Below, in pieces: positions 1 to 13,630 of a stretch of 64,000 nt of DNA. The DNA comes from Vicugna vicugna (lineage: Eukaryota): contig MU057801.1 of the NCBI GenBank assembly GCA_013265495.1, forward strand, positions 1,419,879-1,483,878, read 5' to 3'. The notes under the pieces are model-generated. The model was not told where the DNA came from. It was given only the letters and a program-made list of their open reading frames with translations, and ran no database searches. Each line of letters opens with the position of its first letter. Position 1 is the stretch's first letter. A program made the translations under genes and the position numbers.

Positions 1-920
1 TCCACCCATGGCGGGGAGGGGGGGCGCCGCGTTTGCCCCCCACCTCCTGCCCTTCAGGGGGATTGAGCATCTCACCGGGGACAGGTCCCCCCGATGTCCA
101 GCGGAAGATGGTCTCAGCAGAGCAGCCCCAGGGTAGGGGGTGTGGACGGGGCGCCGGCAGGGACACCAGTACCCTCTGACAGTGCTCAGTGCCCCCAACG
201 TTGCCCCCCGGAGATGCCCACTCTCCCCTCCCCTCGCCCCTCAGCCCTGCACCTCCGTCCCTGTCAGAACGTGCCCCTCTGGTGTTCTGTCCTGGCTGTA
301 TCCTGCCTGCCAGAGTGACAGCATGTAACACCCAGGGCTCAGACCTCACATCAGATCTGGGCTGGAGCCAGCCTCGCAGGGAGCCCGGTTGAAAGAGGCT
401 CCGCTCCGAGGAGGGGCGGGCAGGCCGGGTGCCCACCTCCTGGGCCTCGCGCCTGCCCTTTGCTGACCTCGGAGGTGTCCGTCTGCATCTCGGCATCCTT
501 AGTGCAGATGAGAAGCTAGTCTCCATGGGGTCTTTGATTTTAAGAAATAAAAATGGACACCAGTAGCATCTTAGGTGGGCCAGAGAGGAGAGCTAAGGGG
601 AGGAAAGGATGCGGAGGTGTCTGCGTCCCCAGCCGGGAACACCACAGCTTCCGAAAGGGCCCCACCTCTCTGATTTGGTCCTCGTGGCACCCTGTGGGGT
701 CCAGCACTTCATGGGACTCGCCTGCCTCTGGGGGCCTGTAAGCATGTCCATGTGTGGGCAACGGCTATGATCATCCCATTTAATCTTAACGACCCCCAAG
801 TAGTGGTTGCTGGGTACAGAGGAGGACGGTCCCCTCAGAGAGGCTGCGACTTGCTCTAGGTCCCCCTCCTGGGAAGTGGGGAGCGAGGCCTCCCTGGTTC
901 TCCTTCTCTGTTACCATCTA

Positions 921-1262
921 TGGGATGGATTGTGTTAAAGATGGCGCCAACAGTTCCTCCCCGCCTCAGAGGTCAGATTGCTCCACGTAAGGGGGCCCGG
1001 GAGGATGAGACACCAGCTGGAGCGCCAAGGCTGCCGACCCCTGACAGGGCGGTCTTGGTTCTTCCAGCCCCTCCCAGATGAACATGTGAGTGGCCGCAGC
1101 CTGCATGACACGGAGCAGAGGAACTGCCTGGCCAACCCTCAGCATCCTGAGAAGTAACACGTTGTCACCGAAATTTGGTAATTTGCTTTAATTGAATCAC
1201 AAATTGTTGTTTTAAGCTGTGCCATTTTGGAGTGGTTTGTTACATAGCAGTTGATAAATCAA
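921..1262 (+). mobile_element. MaLR LTR (MLT1-like)
   Basis: Typical end TTGTTGTTTTAAGC..TTTTGGAGTGGTTTGTTACATAGCAGTTGATAA. Confidence 0.65.
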
Positions 1263-2919
1263 AAGACTGCCTGCTTTTTTTTTTTATTGGAAATTAACTT
1301 TTTGTGGCAAACGGTCAACCCTCAAGTTTCTCAAAATCAGGGACAACTGGGTTACATTCTTCCTGGAGCAACAACAGACATCAGAATGGGAAGCAGGAAA
1401 GGACCAGTGTCAGACACTCGCCCTCACAGAAAACCATCCTGAGCTTAACTCCCCGGAACCCGTCCTCGGATTTTGTTGGGGGTCAGTGGTGGTGGCCTGA
1501 GTTCACAGCCGGGAATTTTCAGTGCAAACGCCTCCACTTTGGATGGCTTGGGGCACAGCCTACATCCTACTTGGGGAATCACTCGTGCTTTTTGAGAAGA
1601 GTGTGATTAATCTGCCTCAGTGGCCGTCCCTGTGCTGAATGTGAACGAGAAGGATCTCCATGTGGCATTCGCTTTGTGTTTGAGGCCCTGGCAAAGGTAG
1701 GTAACCTGACGGAAGCCTCTGGATGCAAACTCTGCTGAAGCCACGTGCTGGGAAAGTGGGCCTGGACACCAGCTTCCAGACAGTGGGAAGCTCACCGCCG
1801 CCTGGGACTCAGCTCTGCCTGATTTTTGTGGATGCTGGTGCCATGTTGGAGTTTCCTCACCCAGGCGGACAGAGCCAGAGTCTTTGCAGAAGCGTTTCTC
1901 AGGCATTGGATTCTCTGCACGTTGACTTCTCCAGTGATCACGTCCCAGCACCCTGCTACCCGCAGAGCCCCAAGACTTGAGGGGCTCCCCGCCGGCGCTC
2001 ACTCCCCGCTGGAGCCGGTAGGTGGAGGCAGCGGACAGGCGGCCGCGAGGCAGGTGGCTCCACCCCGTCACCCACGCGGTGGGAGAGGCTTCTTGATTTA
2101 AGCCAAAGGCGACCTTGAGAGAAGTGCGTTGGGTCCACGTGCGTGTGATGCCGATGCCAGCATCTCCAAACGGTCTGCTTAGCACAGATCCCATTTTCCC
2201 ACGGCCGTTTCTTGCCCATTTCTGAGAGCGCCTGTCTACCAGGCGCGCTACACGTTTGCAGTGGTCAGGCTGCACCAGGCTACTCACTGCCCAGCGTTCA
2301 TCCTTCAGGGTGGTGGTCCTCGCCCTGGCGGGGGCTGCCCCTCCCACCCGAGTGTTGGGTCCAAGCCCTGGGGTGGAGGCTGCCCTTACACACGAAGAGC
2401 CAAAGGGCCCTCTCACAGACCCAAGCAATCCCGTAAGCAGTGACGAAGGACATTTGGGGAACACGGGGTGAGGCAGGGGTGGGCTGAGGCTGGGCTGCTC
2501 GGACAGGGACTGGAGCCTGGGCAGAAGTGGCAGGAAGGAAGCTGAGTTGGTGGCGGAGGTGCCGGGAGGCTGGGCAAAGGTCTGTCTTCACAGGCCCCCC
2601 AAGAAGGAGCGGTGCTCAGCAGACTGGAAGGACAAACGGAGGGTGTGAGACAAGGCCAGCGACGGAGAACGGAGAAGCCCTGGCTCGATTTCTCCCGTGG
2701 AGGCGATGCGACTACTGGCTCAGCCCTAACGGCTCTGCTTGCTTCCTTTGGGCACGTCTTGCGCTCGCTCCTCAACTGCGTCTTAGAAGCCTTGAGGCTC
2801 AGAAGCCGACGGTGTAAAGCCGGCCCATGGCACAGATGCCATGGACTCCTCCCGAGGACATGTGGGCAGCAGGTCCTGCGCTCCCTCTGGGCGTCGTCCG
2901 GGGCAGCGGCTCAGAAGCC

Positions 2920-3110
2920 GGAACTCCAGCTTTCCAGCACTGAGGCTGGTCCCCATCCTGGCTTCTTGGCTGTGTGGCCTCGTGTAAACTACGTTTTCTG
3001 TGCCTCCATCTCCTCCCCGGTGTGGGGGGTAGTAAAAGCAGTAGCTGCCCCACAGGGTTACTGAGGAGATCGGATGAGGTGATGCGGCCAGGTAACCGGC
3101 ACCTGTTGGT
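2920..3110 (+). mobile_element. MIR-like SINE fragment
   Basis: Degenerate core (ctgtgtggcct...tttctgtgcctccatctcc...cacagggttactgaggagat). Confidence 0.45.
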
Positions 3111-3470
3111 ACCTGACAGGGCTCTCCGAGGCTCACCGCCTGACAACACCTTTTGATGGGCCTACATCCAGCAATAGGCTGGAAGTGCCAATAAAAACAC
3201 AATTTTTTTTAAAAGAATTTACAAATCTAACCCTTTTATAAATGCTGACAGGGTTTTCCACCAATAGACTGACTTCTGGGGTCTTATCACATATGCAGTT
3301 TTAGAGAAGTTCTGCTTGTTCGTAACTCTTGCAAAGCCAATCCCGAGCCAGTTGCATGGATAGAAAAGTGCAGTAATGCACGTGGACACGTTCTAGTCAA
3401 CGTGTCACAATGGAGCCCTTAAAAAATGCTGCTCAGTCTGGGGTGTCAGTGAGACTCCAAATTGTTAGCT

Positions 3471-3615
3471 TTCTTTTGTAATTGAAGTACAGTCAGTTTA
3501 CAATATTGTGCCAGTTTCTGCTGTACAGCATAAAGGTTCAGTCCTACATGTACATACATGTATTTGTTTTCATATTCTTTTTTATCATAAGTTAGTACAA
3601 AATATTGAGTATAGT
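3471..3615 (-). mobile_element. Lineage-specific L1 3' fragment with TSD
   Basis: ATTGAAGTACAGTCAGTTTACAAT... Flanking TCCAAATTGTTAGCT (3456-3470) and TCCAAATTATTATCT (3616-3630) match 13/15. Confidence 0.8.
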
Positions 3616-4696
3616 TCCAAATTATTATCTAAAAGTCATCATTTCCTTGAACTGCGTAGGAATGGGTGAGACAAGAGGAGAAGAGTACATATAAAAAATC
3701 AATAGTTTTCACCCAGATGACATCACACAGAAAAAGTTACTTTTACTATGTCATGCAACACTTTCAAACACACGGAGGCATTTTTTATCTCCACGTGATG
3801 TTTTCTCTCCTAAATACTGCCCTGTTGTGGCCATGAGAACATCAGACATATAAAAAATTCAAAACTGTCCTCCCTGCTACAACTATAAAAACACCATTTT
3901 TTTCCTTCCTCCTCTCCCTCTGGGGGCCAGCTTTATACTGTCCTAGGAGTTTTGGCATCACACCTGTCACACGGTGCTGTCGTGTTTTAGAGCATCAGCG
4001 TTTTTCCGTGCGTGTTAACTAAACACACAGCCTCTTGTCTGCTGCGAGCATGTGAAGACAAGCCCCCTGGAGGCGCTTGGGCAAGCGCTGTGCGGGGACT
4101 TAAATTTCAGCTTCGTGTGCACGACTGTTGAAGGCTCCCTGTCAGTCAGTGCAGGGCAGCTGGGACCAGGGGAAGGAGGTGAGGGAAGGGCACAGCTCTC
4201 CTAAGGACGCAGTGAGGTGGAGCTGAGGGAGGATATGAGAGGGGACGTCTTTAACCTAACGGGGCACCAGGAGCGCGGCGCTGCTTCCCAAGACCCGGGA
4301 TCAGGGCAGACACAGTATCTGCTTGTCCCCCAGTGCCTGGTGCAGGGTCTTCACCTGCGTTCCCTGGGAGCGAGGGAGTAACCTGCCCCTCGTGAGAGGC
4401 CCTGCATGAGCCTGCGTGGGTGTTTTTCTGGGGTTCACTGTGGTCACGTCTGGATTGCTGGGGTGTCAGGAGCTGAGCCAGGGTGCTTCCAGGCATCATG
4501 GTTTCTTTCCTCTTCCTCACACCTGCCGAGGCGATCAGTCACCTTCTAAGTGTCTCACACACCTGTCCCTCTGCCCCACTCTCACACCAGGTCCAGGCCT
4601 GCTCTGCTCCTTGCCTGGATTATGACAGTGATCTCATCTCTGAGGCCTCAAACTGGTCAAACTTGCATGCGTCAGAAGACACGCTCAAGTAACAGC

Positions 4697-7600
4697 AGGG
4701 AGGACGGCAGAGTGGAGGAGCACTCGCGGCTTCTCTCCACTCTGACAACAGTCGCAGGGGCAGACACTGCCCGGTGACTGTTTGGAATTTTGGGGTCTGT
4801 TTGAAGCTGGCAGCTGGCAGGGGAAGGCTTGGATGGTGAGTCTTGGTTAATTTCAGGCAGTTTCAGCTCTGAGCTGGTGGGCGCCTGTCTCAGCCCCATG
4901 GCAGGCAGCTGTGCACTTGCTCCTGGAACAGCTTGCTTGCGGCTCGCAGGAGCCAGGGTGGGCAGTAGGGCTTTGTCCCCCAAATATCAGGGACCTCTCT
5001 TCTGGTCACTGATTGCTACTTCTGATTGTGCACCCCCCACCACCGTGGTTACAACCTTCTCTGGCTGAAGTGGCTTCTTTTTTTTCCCCCTTTATTTCCC
5101 TCTTTCCCCCACTTTTGGTAGCCAGACATTTAAGGACTTGGACAATCAAAAGCAACCACATATGTGGGAGAATTAAAAAGGTCACCGCATGGGCCCTGGG
5201 AAAGGCACAGGCTCAGGAGAGACCCAAGGAGACCTTCAGTTTACACTGCAGGCTGATTCTCGGCACAGAGCCAAATCACAGCAATCAAAGAAACAAAATA
5301 AAACCAAAATAAACCAAAAACAAAAATTAAAAAGCCCCAGCAAGCTCTGGGGAAGAGGAAGGCTCTAATTTCCATAGTTATCCCATGATAAGATTCAAAT
5401 GCTTATTTTTAAACAAAAATCACAAGGCACACTGAGAAATAGAACAGGTCCCCGAGAAAGACCAGCCTGTAGACTTACTAGACACAGCTTTTAATGCAGC
5501 GTCTTAAAGACGCTCAGGAAACTAGGGGGAGTCACGACAAAGTCAGAAAACGATTTATGAAGAAAATGGAAGCACTGGTGGAGAGACAGAAAACGTGAAA
5601 AGGAGTCCTTGAGGTCAAACCACAATAATGGAAACAGCAATTTCCCAGAGGGACTCAAGAGCAGGCTCGAGCTGGCGTAGGAAAGAACTGGCGAGCCTGA
5701 AGACAGGCGTGTTGACATTTTCGAGTTTGAGACAAAAGGAGAAAAAGACTCAAGAAAAGTGAACAGAGCCTAAGGGGCTTGTGGGGCACCGTCAGCAGAC
5801 GCACATACACGTTGTGGGAGTCCCGGGAGGAGAAGAGAAGGAGAAAGGGGCAGAGAGATTATTTGAATAAATAGTGGCTGGAAACTTCCCAAATTTGGTG
5901 AAAGACATGAATATAAACATCCAGAAAGCTCAACAAACTCCAAGTGTGTTGAATTCAGAGGCCCGCCGAGGTATATTAAAACCAAACCATCAAAAGCCAA
6001 AGATAAAGAAAGAATCTTGAAAGGAGCAGGAGAGGCAACTGATCACATAGAAAGGAGCCTCAGTGATTGTCATCAGACACCTCATCAGGAACCAGAGGGC
6101 AGTTGTCAGCAGATTAAAGGTATTGAAAGAAAAAACGGTCAACCCAGAAGCCTGTACGCAGCAAAGCTGCCTTTCCAAAATGAGGGAGAAACTAAGATAG
6201 TCTAAGATAAACAAGAGCTGAGGGAGTTTCAGCGCCAAACCTGCCCTGTAAGGAATGCCAAGGGGGTCCTCCAGGTTGGAATTTCAGGGCAGGAGACAGT
6301 GACTCAGAGCTGAGCGACGACATACGATGTCCAGTAAAAGCGAAAACGTGGGCAGTTATAAAGCTTGCATTGTTGTTCCTTTCGTTTGTCACGCTGCTTT
6401 TTTGTTTCCTACATGATTTCAGAGACTAAAGCATAGAAATGCAACTATTAATCTATGCTTTTGGACACACAGTACATGAAGATGTAATGTCTGTGACATT
6501 AGTCTCTAAAAGGAGGTGGGGACAGAGCTATATAGGAGCAGAGGTTTTAAAATTGAAGTATACCTGCTTTACAATGTTGTGCTAGTTTCAGGAGCACAGC
6601 AAAGTGATTCAGTTATAGATATATCTCCATGTGTATGTATGCATATATACGGAATAGAAAAAAAAATCAACCAAAAGTTGATTCTATGACAGATTAACAA
6701 AATTGACAAACCTTAGCTAGCTTGGCTAAGGAAAAAGGACAGAGTCTCCAATGACTAAAATCAGAAATGGAAGTGGGACATTACTACTGATTCTGCAGAA
6801 ATAAAATGGACCATAAGAGAGGACTATGAACAACTACACGCCAACAGATGGCGAACCTAGAGGAAAGGGACAGATTCCCAGAGACACACAAACTGCCAGC
6901 ACTGAATCATGAAGAGGGGAAGGAAACCTGACCAGTTGTGTGACCAGTAAGGAGGCTGAATCAGCAATCAGACATCTCCCGACATAGGACGTCCCTGGTC
7001 TTGACGGCTTCGCTGGTGGATTCCACCAAACACTTGGAGGATGAACTCCAATCCTCCCAGAAAACTGAAGAGGAGGAAGATTTCCTAACTCATTCTGTGA
7101 TGCCAGCGTTACTCGGAGGCCAAAGCCAGACAAAGACGTTATGAAGGACCAATGTCGCATGAACATTAATGCAGAAATCCTCAGCCAAATGCCAGCACGC
7201 TGGATTCAGCACAGGGACTCAGACACATGCACACCAAGGCTCAGCAGGTCAGTAAAAGTGACCAAGTGGATTTACTGTTAGAGCAAGGGGATGGTCTAAC
7301 GTACAACACTGATCAGTGTCATATACCACTAACAACATACCGTTGTCAGAATAAAGGAAAAACACCCACACAGGCATCTCACTGGATGCAGAAAAAGCAC
7401 CCGACAAAATTCAAAACCCTTTTGTGATAAAACAGTCCACAAACTGAGAAACAGGGAAACTGTCTCAATATAATAAAAGCATGTACAAAAAAACTTACAT
7501 CTAACGTCATATTCAAGAGTCAAAGACTGCAAACTTGTCTTCCAGAATCAGAACAAGGGTGCCTGTTTTTGCCGCTTCTATTCAACATCGTGTTGGAAGA

Positions 7601-9604
7601 GCTATAGAGAACAATTGGGCAAGAAACAGACCTCCACACTGGAAAGAAAGAAGTAAAATTACCCCTCTCACAGATGTCATGGCCTTATCTGCGTGCAGTC
7701 TTAAAGATTCCACAGAAACCTGTTAGAACTAGTAAATGAATTCAGCAAACTGCTAGTGCGTAGCAACACACAAAATCAGATAGGTTTCTGTGCACTGACA
7801 CTGAACAATCCAAAAATGAAGTTAACAACACAATTCCATTTACAATAGCATTAAAAAGAACAAAATACTGAGGAATTGGCTTAACCGAGGATTTGAAAGG
7901 CTTACGCACTGAGAATTACAAAACATGGCCAAAAGAAATGAAAGAAGACATAAACAAACAGAAAACACCTGTATCTGTGTTCACGAATCAGAAAACTTAG
8001 TATATTAAGACGTCAACACTATCCAAAGCCATCGACAGGTAAAATGTAATCCTTATCAAAGTCCCTAAGGTGTTTTTTTGCAGAAATAGGAAAATCCTGC
8101 CTAAGATTCATATGGAATCTCAGGAGACGCTGGAGAGCCAAAGTAATCTTGGGAAAGAATGAAACTGGAGGTCTCACCCTTCCTGATTTCAACATTTACT
8201 ACAAGGCGCAGTAATCAGAACAGCGTGGTGTTGGCATAAGGACCAACACATAGACCAATGGAATAGAAGAGAGAGCCCAGAAATAAACTCTCACATATAT
8301 GGTCAAATGGTTTTTTGACAATGTTGCCAAGACCACTTGATGGGAAGGGACAGGCTTTTTAGCAGATGGAGCTGGGAAAACCGGATATCCACATGTAAAG
8401 AATGAAGTTGGACCCTTATAACACCATGTAAAAAATTAACTCAATATGGTCCAAAGACCTAAACATATGAACTGAAACTACAGACTCTTAGGAGAAAACT
8501 TAGAGAAAATCTTCATGATGTTGAATTTGACAATGATTTTCTCAGATATGGCAGCCAATTGGACTTCATCAAATTTAAAACATTTTGTGCATCAAAGGAC
8601 ACTATCAGCAGAGTAAAAATGCAACTCACATAATGAGAGGATATTTGCAAATTGCATATCTGCTAAGGGATTGATACCCACAACAGAGAACTCCAAAAAC
8701 TCACAATGAGAAAACCAGAGAACCCAATTCAAAAATGGGGACAGGACTTGAATAGACATTTCTTCAAAGATGATACGTAGATGGCAACAAGCAGATGAAA
8801 GTACGCTCAGCATCACGAGTCATTACGGAAATGCGAGTCAGGACCACAGCAGGTACAGCTTCTCACTCTCTCGGATAACTACAAAAAAGAATGGGGAATA
8901 GCAAGTGTCGACACAGATGTGGAGAAATTGGAACCCCCCTACATCGCTGGTAGGAATGTAAAATGAGGCAGCTGCTGTGGGAGACAGTTTGGCGGTTCCC
9001 CAAAAAGCTATACATTGACTGTGTGCTCCAGCAATTCTACTCCTAGAAATATACTCAAAAGAATTAAAAACAGGGACTCAGATACTTGTACACCAAGGTT
9101 CACAGCAGAATTATTCATAGTAGCCAAAAAGTTGGAAAAAAACATTTGTCCAAGTGCCCATCAATAGATGAATGGATAAGCAAAATGTGTATTCGTGCAA
9201 TGGAATACTATTCAGCCATGAAAAGGAGCGAAGCTCTGACACTTGCTACAACATGGTTGAACCTTGAAAATGTTACGCAAAGTGAAATCAACTGGACAAT
9301 AGAAGAACAAATATTTATGATTCCATTGCTATGAGGTACCTAAAACAGGCAAATTCTTAGAGACAGAAAGCAGAGTAGAGGCTATTGGGGCTGGGGGCAG
9401 GAGAGAAGAAGGAATTCTTGTTTAGTGGATACAGAGTTTCTGTGTGGACTGATGGAGAAGTTTTGGGAATATATGATTATACAACATTGATCTATATAAT
9501 TAATGTCATTGATTATACACTGAAAAAATGGTAAAAATGGAAAATTCTATTATATTTTACCATAATTAAAAAAGAGTAAAAAATAAAAATAAAGCAATAA
9601 AAAA
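4697..9604 (+). mobile_element. Near full-length decayed LINE-1 (L1MB/L1M4-like)
   Basis: 5'UTR-like start, ORF1 remnant about 5480-6340, ORF2 remnants 6652-9334. These include KIDKP-like sequence at about 6700, QGCP..LLFNIVLE-like at about 7555 and C-terminal KCPSIDEWISKM...MEYYSAMK. L1MB-type 3'UTR and A-rich tail. Many stops and frameshifts. Confidence 0.85.
6546..6650 (-). mobile_element. Younger L1 3'-end fragment nested in the old L1
   Basis: TTGAAGTATA..TTTACAATGTTGTGCTAGTTTCAGG..ACAGCAAAGTGATTCAGTTATA, similar to the copy at about 62060. Confidence 0.75.
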
Positions 9605-9744
9605 TGCTCTCCCCACACATAAAATAAATGATTAAAAATCTAGAAATAAATAGAGGTGAATATTTGCTCTCTGAGTAGGAAAGGTCATTGAAAGGAAACT
9701 TGTGAGGAGAGGAATCCTAGGTTGTCTAAACACAAACTCTGGGC

Positions 9745-10800
9745 TTCTTATTGACTGAGTTACCTAATGTCTGTATTGTTTAAGCCGTCCCTTGTATTTG
9801 ACTGTAACCTAATACATGAAGGTTTTTTGGATAAAGTGTTTGAGGAGGGCTCTCTGAGCAGGTGACATTTGAATGATGTGAAGAAGTGAGTCAGATCTCC
9901 ACAGCAAAGATCAAGCTGGTTTGTCCAGGGTGGCAAGAAGGAAAGTGTGGCTGGGGCACAGGGAGGTAAGGGGCAAGATTGGCAAGATGGACGGTGGCAG
10001 AGAGAGTGGTGATGACCAGGCTGGGGGAGGGAGGTGTGGACCAGACCGCAAAGGCCTTGGGTGCACACTGTGCATTTGGCTGTGATTCTGGGTGCTGTAG
10101 GAAGCCACTGGTGGGTTTTGAGTTTGGTGACACGATGTGATTTATAGTTCAAAAAGCTAACTCTGGTAACCATAAGATTGTTTACTGTGTCTGTGAATCC
10201 ATTTCTGTTTTCTGGCTGAGTTCAATAGCATCTTCTTTTTTTCTTTTATTTTTAGATTCAACATATGAGTGATATGGTATTTTTCTTTCTCTTTCTGGCT
10301 TACTTCACTTAGAATGACAGTCTTTGGGTCCATCTATATTGCTGCAAATGGCATTATTTTATTCTTTTTTGTGGCTGAGTAATATTCCATTGTAGAAGTA
10401 CGCCACAGCTTCTCTATCCAGTCATCTGTCGATTCTGTACACCAGAAGTTGACACATTGTAACTGACTATACTTCGATTAAAGGAAAAAAAGCTAATTCT
10501 GATTCCTGCCTCAGGAAGACCATTCGGAATGCTGCTGTGGTCCACATGCACAATGCTGTTGGCCTGGCTCACGGTGGCAGCTGTGGAGGTGATGGGGAGT
10601 GGTCCAACTCAGGATGTGTTCTGAAGGAGTAATCACCTGGACTTGTTGACGGAGTGGATGTGAGGACTGCAGAGGTGAGAGGAATCATGAATGATGCCCA
10701 GGTTTTTGCCAGAGCCATTGGGTGAGTGGTGGTGGCAGATTCCAAGAGGTTGAGACTGCAGGAGGGCAGGTTTTGGAGTGTGGACTTGGGGTGATCAGAG
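9745..10800 (-). mobile_element. L2 (L2a-like) fragment interrupted by an L1 insertion
   Basis: Motifs ctctctgagcaggtgacatttga, ggaagccactggtgggttttgag and atgatgcccaggtttttg. Confidence 0.65.
10166..10486 (+). mobile_element. 5'-inverted L1 insertion with TSD
   Basis: Antisense L1 segment 10166 to about 10432, then sense 3' end and A tail. TSD AAAAAGCTAAYTCTG at 10151-10165 and 10487-10501. Confidence 0.8.
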
Positions 10801-11599
10801 AAAAGCCCCAGGAAGGAAAGGATTAGGATCTGGCTTTGCTTTTTATACAAGATAATGTCATGTGGTCCACAGTGCGACTCCTCTGAAAATGACGTGGTCC
10901 CTTCCGACCCTCTCTGCTGTTTGTTTAGCGATCCTGTTCACCTTCGTTGACTCAGATCTGAGTGTTTCCCTGGTGGGCCAGGCTAGCAGCCCTGAAGAAC
11001 TTGAGTTTCCTCTGCTGTCTTTTGATCAAAGCTCTTTTTTTGTTTCCTTCTCCAAGCTGTTGCCTCTGTGCGGTGGGTGATGCCTCAAGAGGGTGAAACT
11101 GCTTGCATGGCCCAGATTCTGACCCGCTCACAGGTCAGTGGGCCGGGAGTCACCGGCTTCTCAAAGCTGTGTGTTTGTACAGGGCTTGTTTCAGATGCCG
11201 CCTCGTCCAGAAGATCTCACCTGAGTCACCGTCAGCTTTCACTAAGATGCTGTGAGCTACCCCTGACCACAAGGAAAGCCCCACACAGGCAGAGAATAGG
11301 AAAGTGAGTATTTTTTCCAAAAACATTGAGGAAGCCTCAGTGTAGGTCCCTCAGACAAAAGAGGGTTTGTCTGTGTCAGGATGGTGCCCGTGGCCTCCAG
11401 TGTTCTCCAGGATGGGAGGGTCCTTCACCTCTCCTTCCCCTCGTCTCTGTTTGATAAGCTCTCAGGCTGCCGAGTCCAATTAGTTAACTATGAACCTTCT
11501 CAGCCACTGCGCTACCGGGAGCACCTCGCCACGTCGGTAAACACCGGTGGCACCACTGTTGCATGAGATTTATCCTGTCAGATCCTCTGCCACCCTTTG

Positions 11600-11775
11600 C
11601 CTCCTTGACGCCTTGCCCAAACCCCGTGAAGAGGTCATGACGGGTTTCACCTTAGAGATGAGGAAACCGAGGAAGAGGGAGTTAACCAGCTTCCGAGGGC
11701 ACACAGCTGGTGGGTGGAAGAGGTGGAATTTGAAGCTGGGCGGCGTGAGTCTGGAGCCTGCCCTTTTACTCACTG
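11600..11775 (-). mobile_element. MIR
   Basis: agatgaggaaaccgagg..agggagttaa..cacacagctgg..ggaatttgaa core. Confidence 0.7.
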
Positions 11776-13019
11776 TTGTCTGACCCGCTGAACGGACCGC
11801 GTCCCTTCTGTGCGCTTGTGTCGTGCTCTGTCGTGGTCGCACGCGGTTGGCCTCCGTGGGGCCGCCGCGCTGCGCGCCTCAGCTGCCGCCAGCTCCCTCT
11901 GCAGCGGGCTGTGTGGCGGGGGCGCCCGTGCCGTCGGAGCTTCGCAGGCTGGGATGGGCCTTTCCTGGGGACCGACTGGCGCCCTCCTTTCCTGTGTCCA
12001 TTCCTATGGCCTTGACGCGGATTACCAAAGCGTTTTTCAGAAGGTCGTGCACGCCATCCGCCTCCACGCGGGGGCCAGTTTTACATCACTGTTGACGGTG
12101 TGAGACAGGGCGGTCGTCTCTGTGTGCATTTGTGAGTCGTAGCTTCCCGCCTCTCGCTCGCTGCGTCTCTCGGCCTGCTCCCTGCCGACGCCCTTTGCCC
12201 TCCGAGGCCGGCCTTTTGTCGTCCAGATCACAGAGCTCTTTCTGTGTGGCTTCTGTATTGGAAATTAACACATTTGGTAGGTAAACCCAACAGAGAGAAA
12301 ACGGATTAATTCTGTGTTTTGCTCAGCGCCTTACATTCTGCTCTTCCCCAGCACTGACAGTGAGCCGCGAGGAATGATCCATGTGCCCAGAGGAGGAAGT
12401 CACCCCATTTTAACAACAAGTCACCAGGGATGTTCCCTCCTCTGAGAGAAGCCCGCACCTTCTCCTCCTGTCTCAGAGGAAGGGGACACGTTGGAGAAGG
12501 GGACCAAAGCTCCCTCGGGGGGCCCTGTTGCCAGAAACCAGCTTAGGTAGGCTCTGTGCCACCCTCTGGGGAGCCAGAGGGCCCCAGCCGGGTGTGTGCG
12601 CTTTGGGCCTGGCTCAGGCTGGGCTGGCCTTGCTTTTATTCACACTCGTTCCCCTTTTATGACATTGGCCGTATCCTCAATGGTACCACAGTCCCCGGGG
12701 GAATTTCAGTGGAAACAAACGTGAACAAACCTAAACCACACGACTGCTGACACTCAGCTTCCCTTCCCAAGTGACCCAGGTGCCAACCTGACCGACCCTG
12801 AAGGGCTGCGGACCAGCTGGTCTGGGGGCTCACGGGGCTGGTCACAGCAGTGGGTTCTGGAGACGTGGTGCTCAGAGGGGCTGTGGTCAGAGCCAGCGGG
12901 CTGAGTGGGACCAAAGGTTTGATGCTTGAACCTCAGGCCTTTCTTAGAAGGCTGGCCCCCCTATCCGTGCCTGGGGGTCCCCCAACCCTTGACCACACCT
13001 GTCACGGGAGGGTTTCTCT

Positions 13020-13630
13020 GAGGCGGAGCGTAGCGGGCGGGATGTTCATTGAGGTGTGTCCTTGGGACCCAGGCCTGTGGACGGGCGGGGCGGGAGGAGG
13101 GAGCCGAGATTCAGCCCCTGGACGGCCCCCCGCCCCGGGAGCTCGCTGTGGTGCAGGCGCCCCTCCCCGGTGGCCGGCGCTCTCCTTCCACGGCACCCGG
13201 CCGGCCGTGGGCCAGCGGGGGAGGGGCGCGGCGTGGGCGGGGCGGCGCTCCGGCCGCCGCTTTCCCTCTGCCTTTCCTCCGGGGCTTGTTTCCCAGGTCT
13301 GCTCCATCTCCAGAACCTCTGCGTGACCCTGCTCTTTCTTCCCTTCTGCTTCGAAGTACGCCTGCACTTGACGTCCTCCCCACCCCTCCTGTCGGATCCC
13401 CCTCCCACTCTCCCCGCACTCCCCCAACTCCCCCAAAGCAGGGGTGCCCGGCCCAGACCCCCGACCGCGCCTGGTCTCGGGGCGGCTGGAGGAGGCGCTC
13501 CGGGAGCCTCAGAGCCCCCCACCTCCAGTGCCGCTGCGTCCCCAGCCTCCCCGCCTCCAGGCTCTCCCCGAGGTCGCCAGGCAGGGAGCCCCCTTCTGCA
13601 GGAGGGTGAGCGAGCGCGTGGGAGCAGCTC
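13020..13630. promoter_or_regulatory. Orphan CpG island
   Basis: GC/CpG-rich with GC boxes (GGGCGG) and no associated credible CDS. Confidence 0.6.

Noticed and set aside
1607..2464. 285-aa minus-strand ORF or possible pseudogene
   Set aside because: No family recognised in any frame and no poly(A)/TSD seen. A BLASTX search would settle it.
9086..9334. 82-aa ORF
   Set aside because: Remnant of the L1 ORF2 C-terminus, not a host gene.
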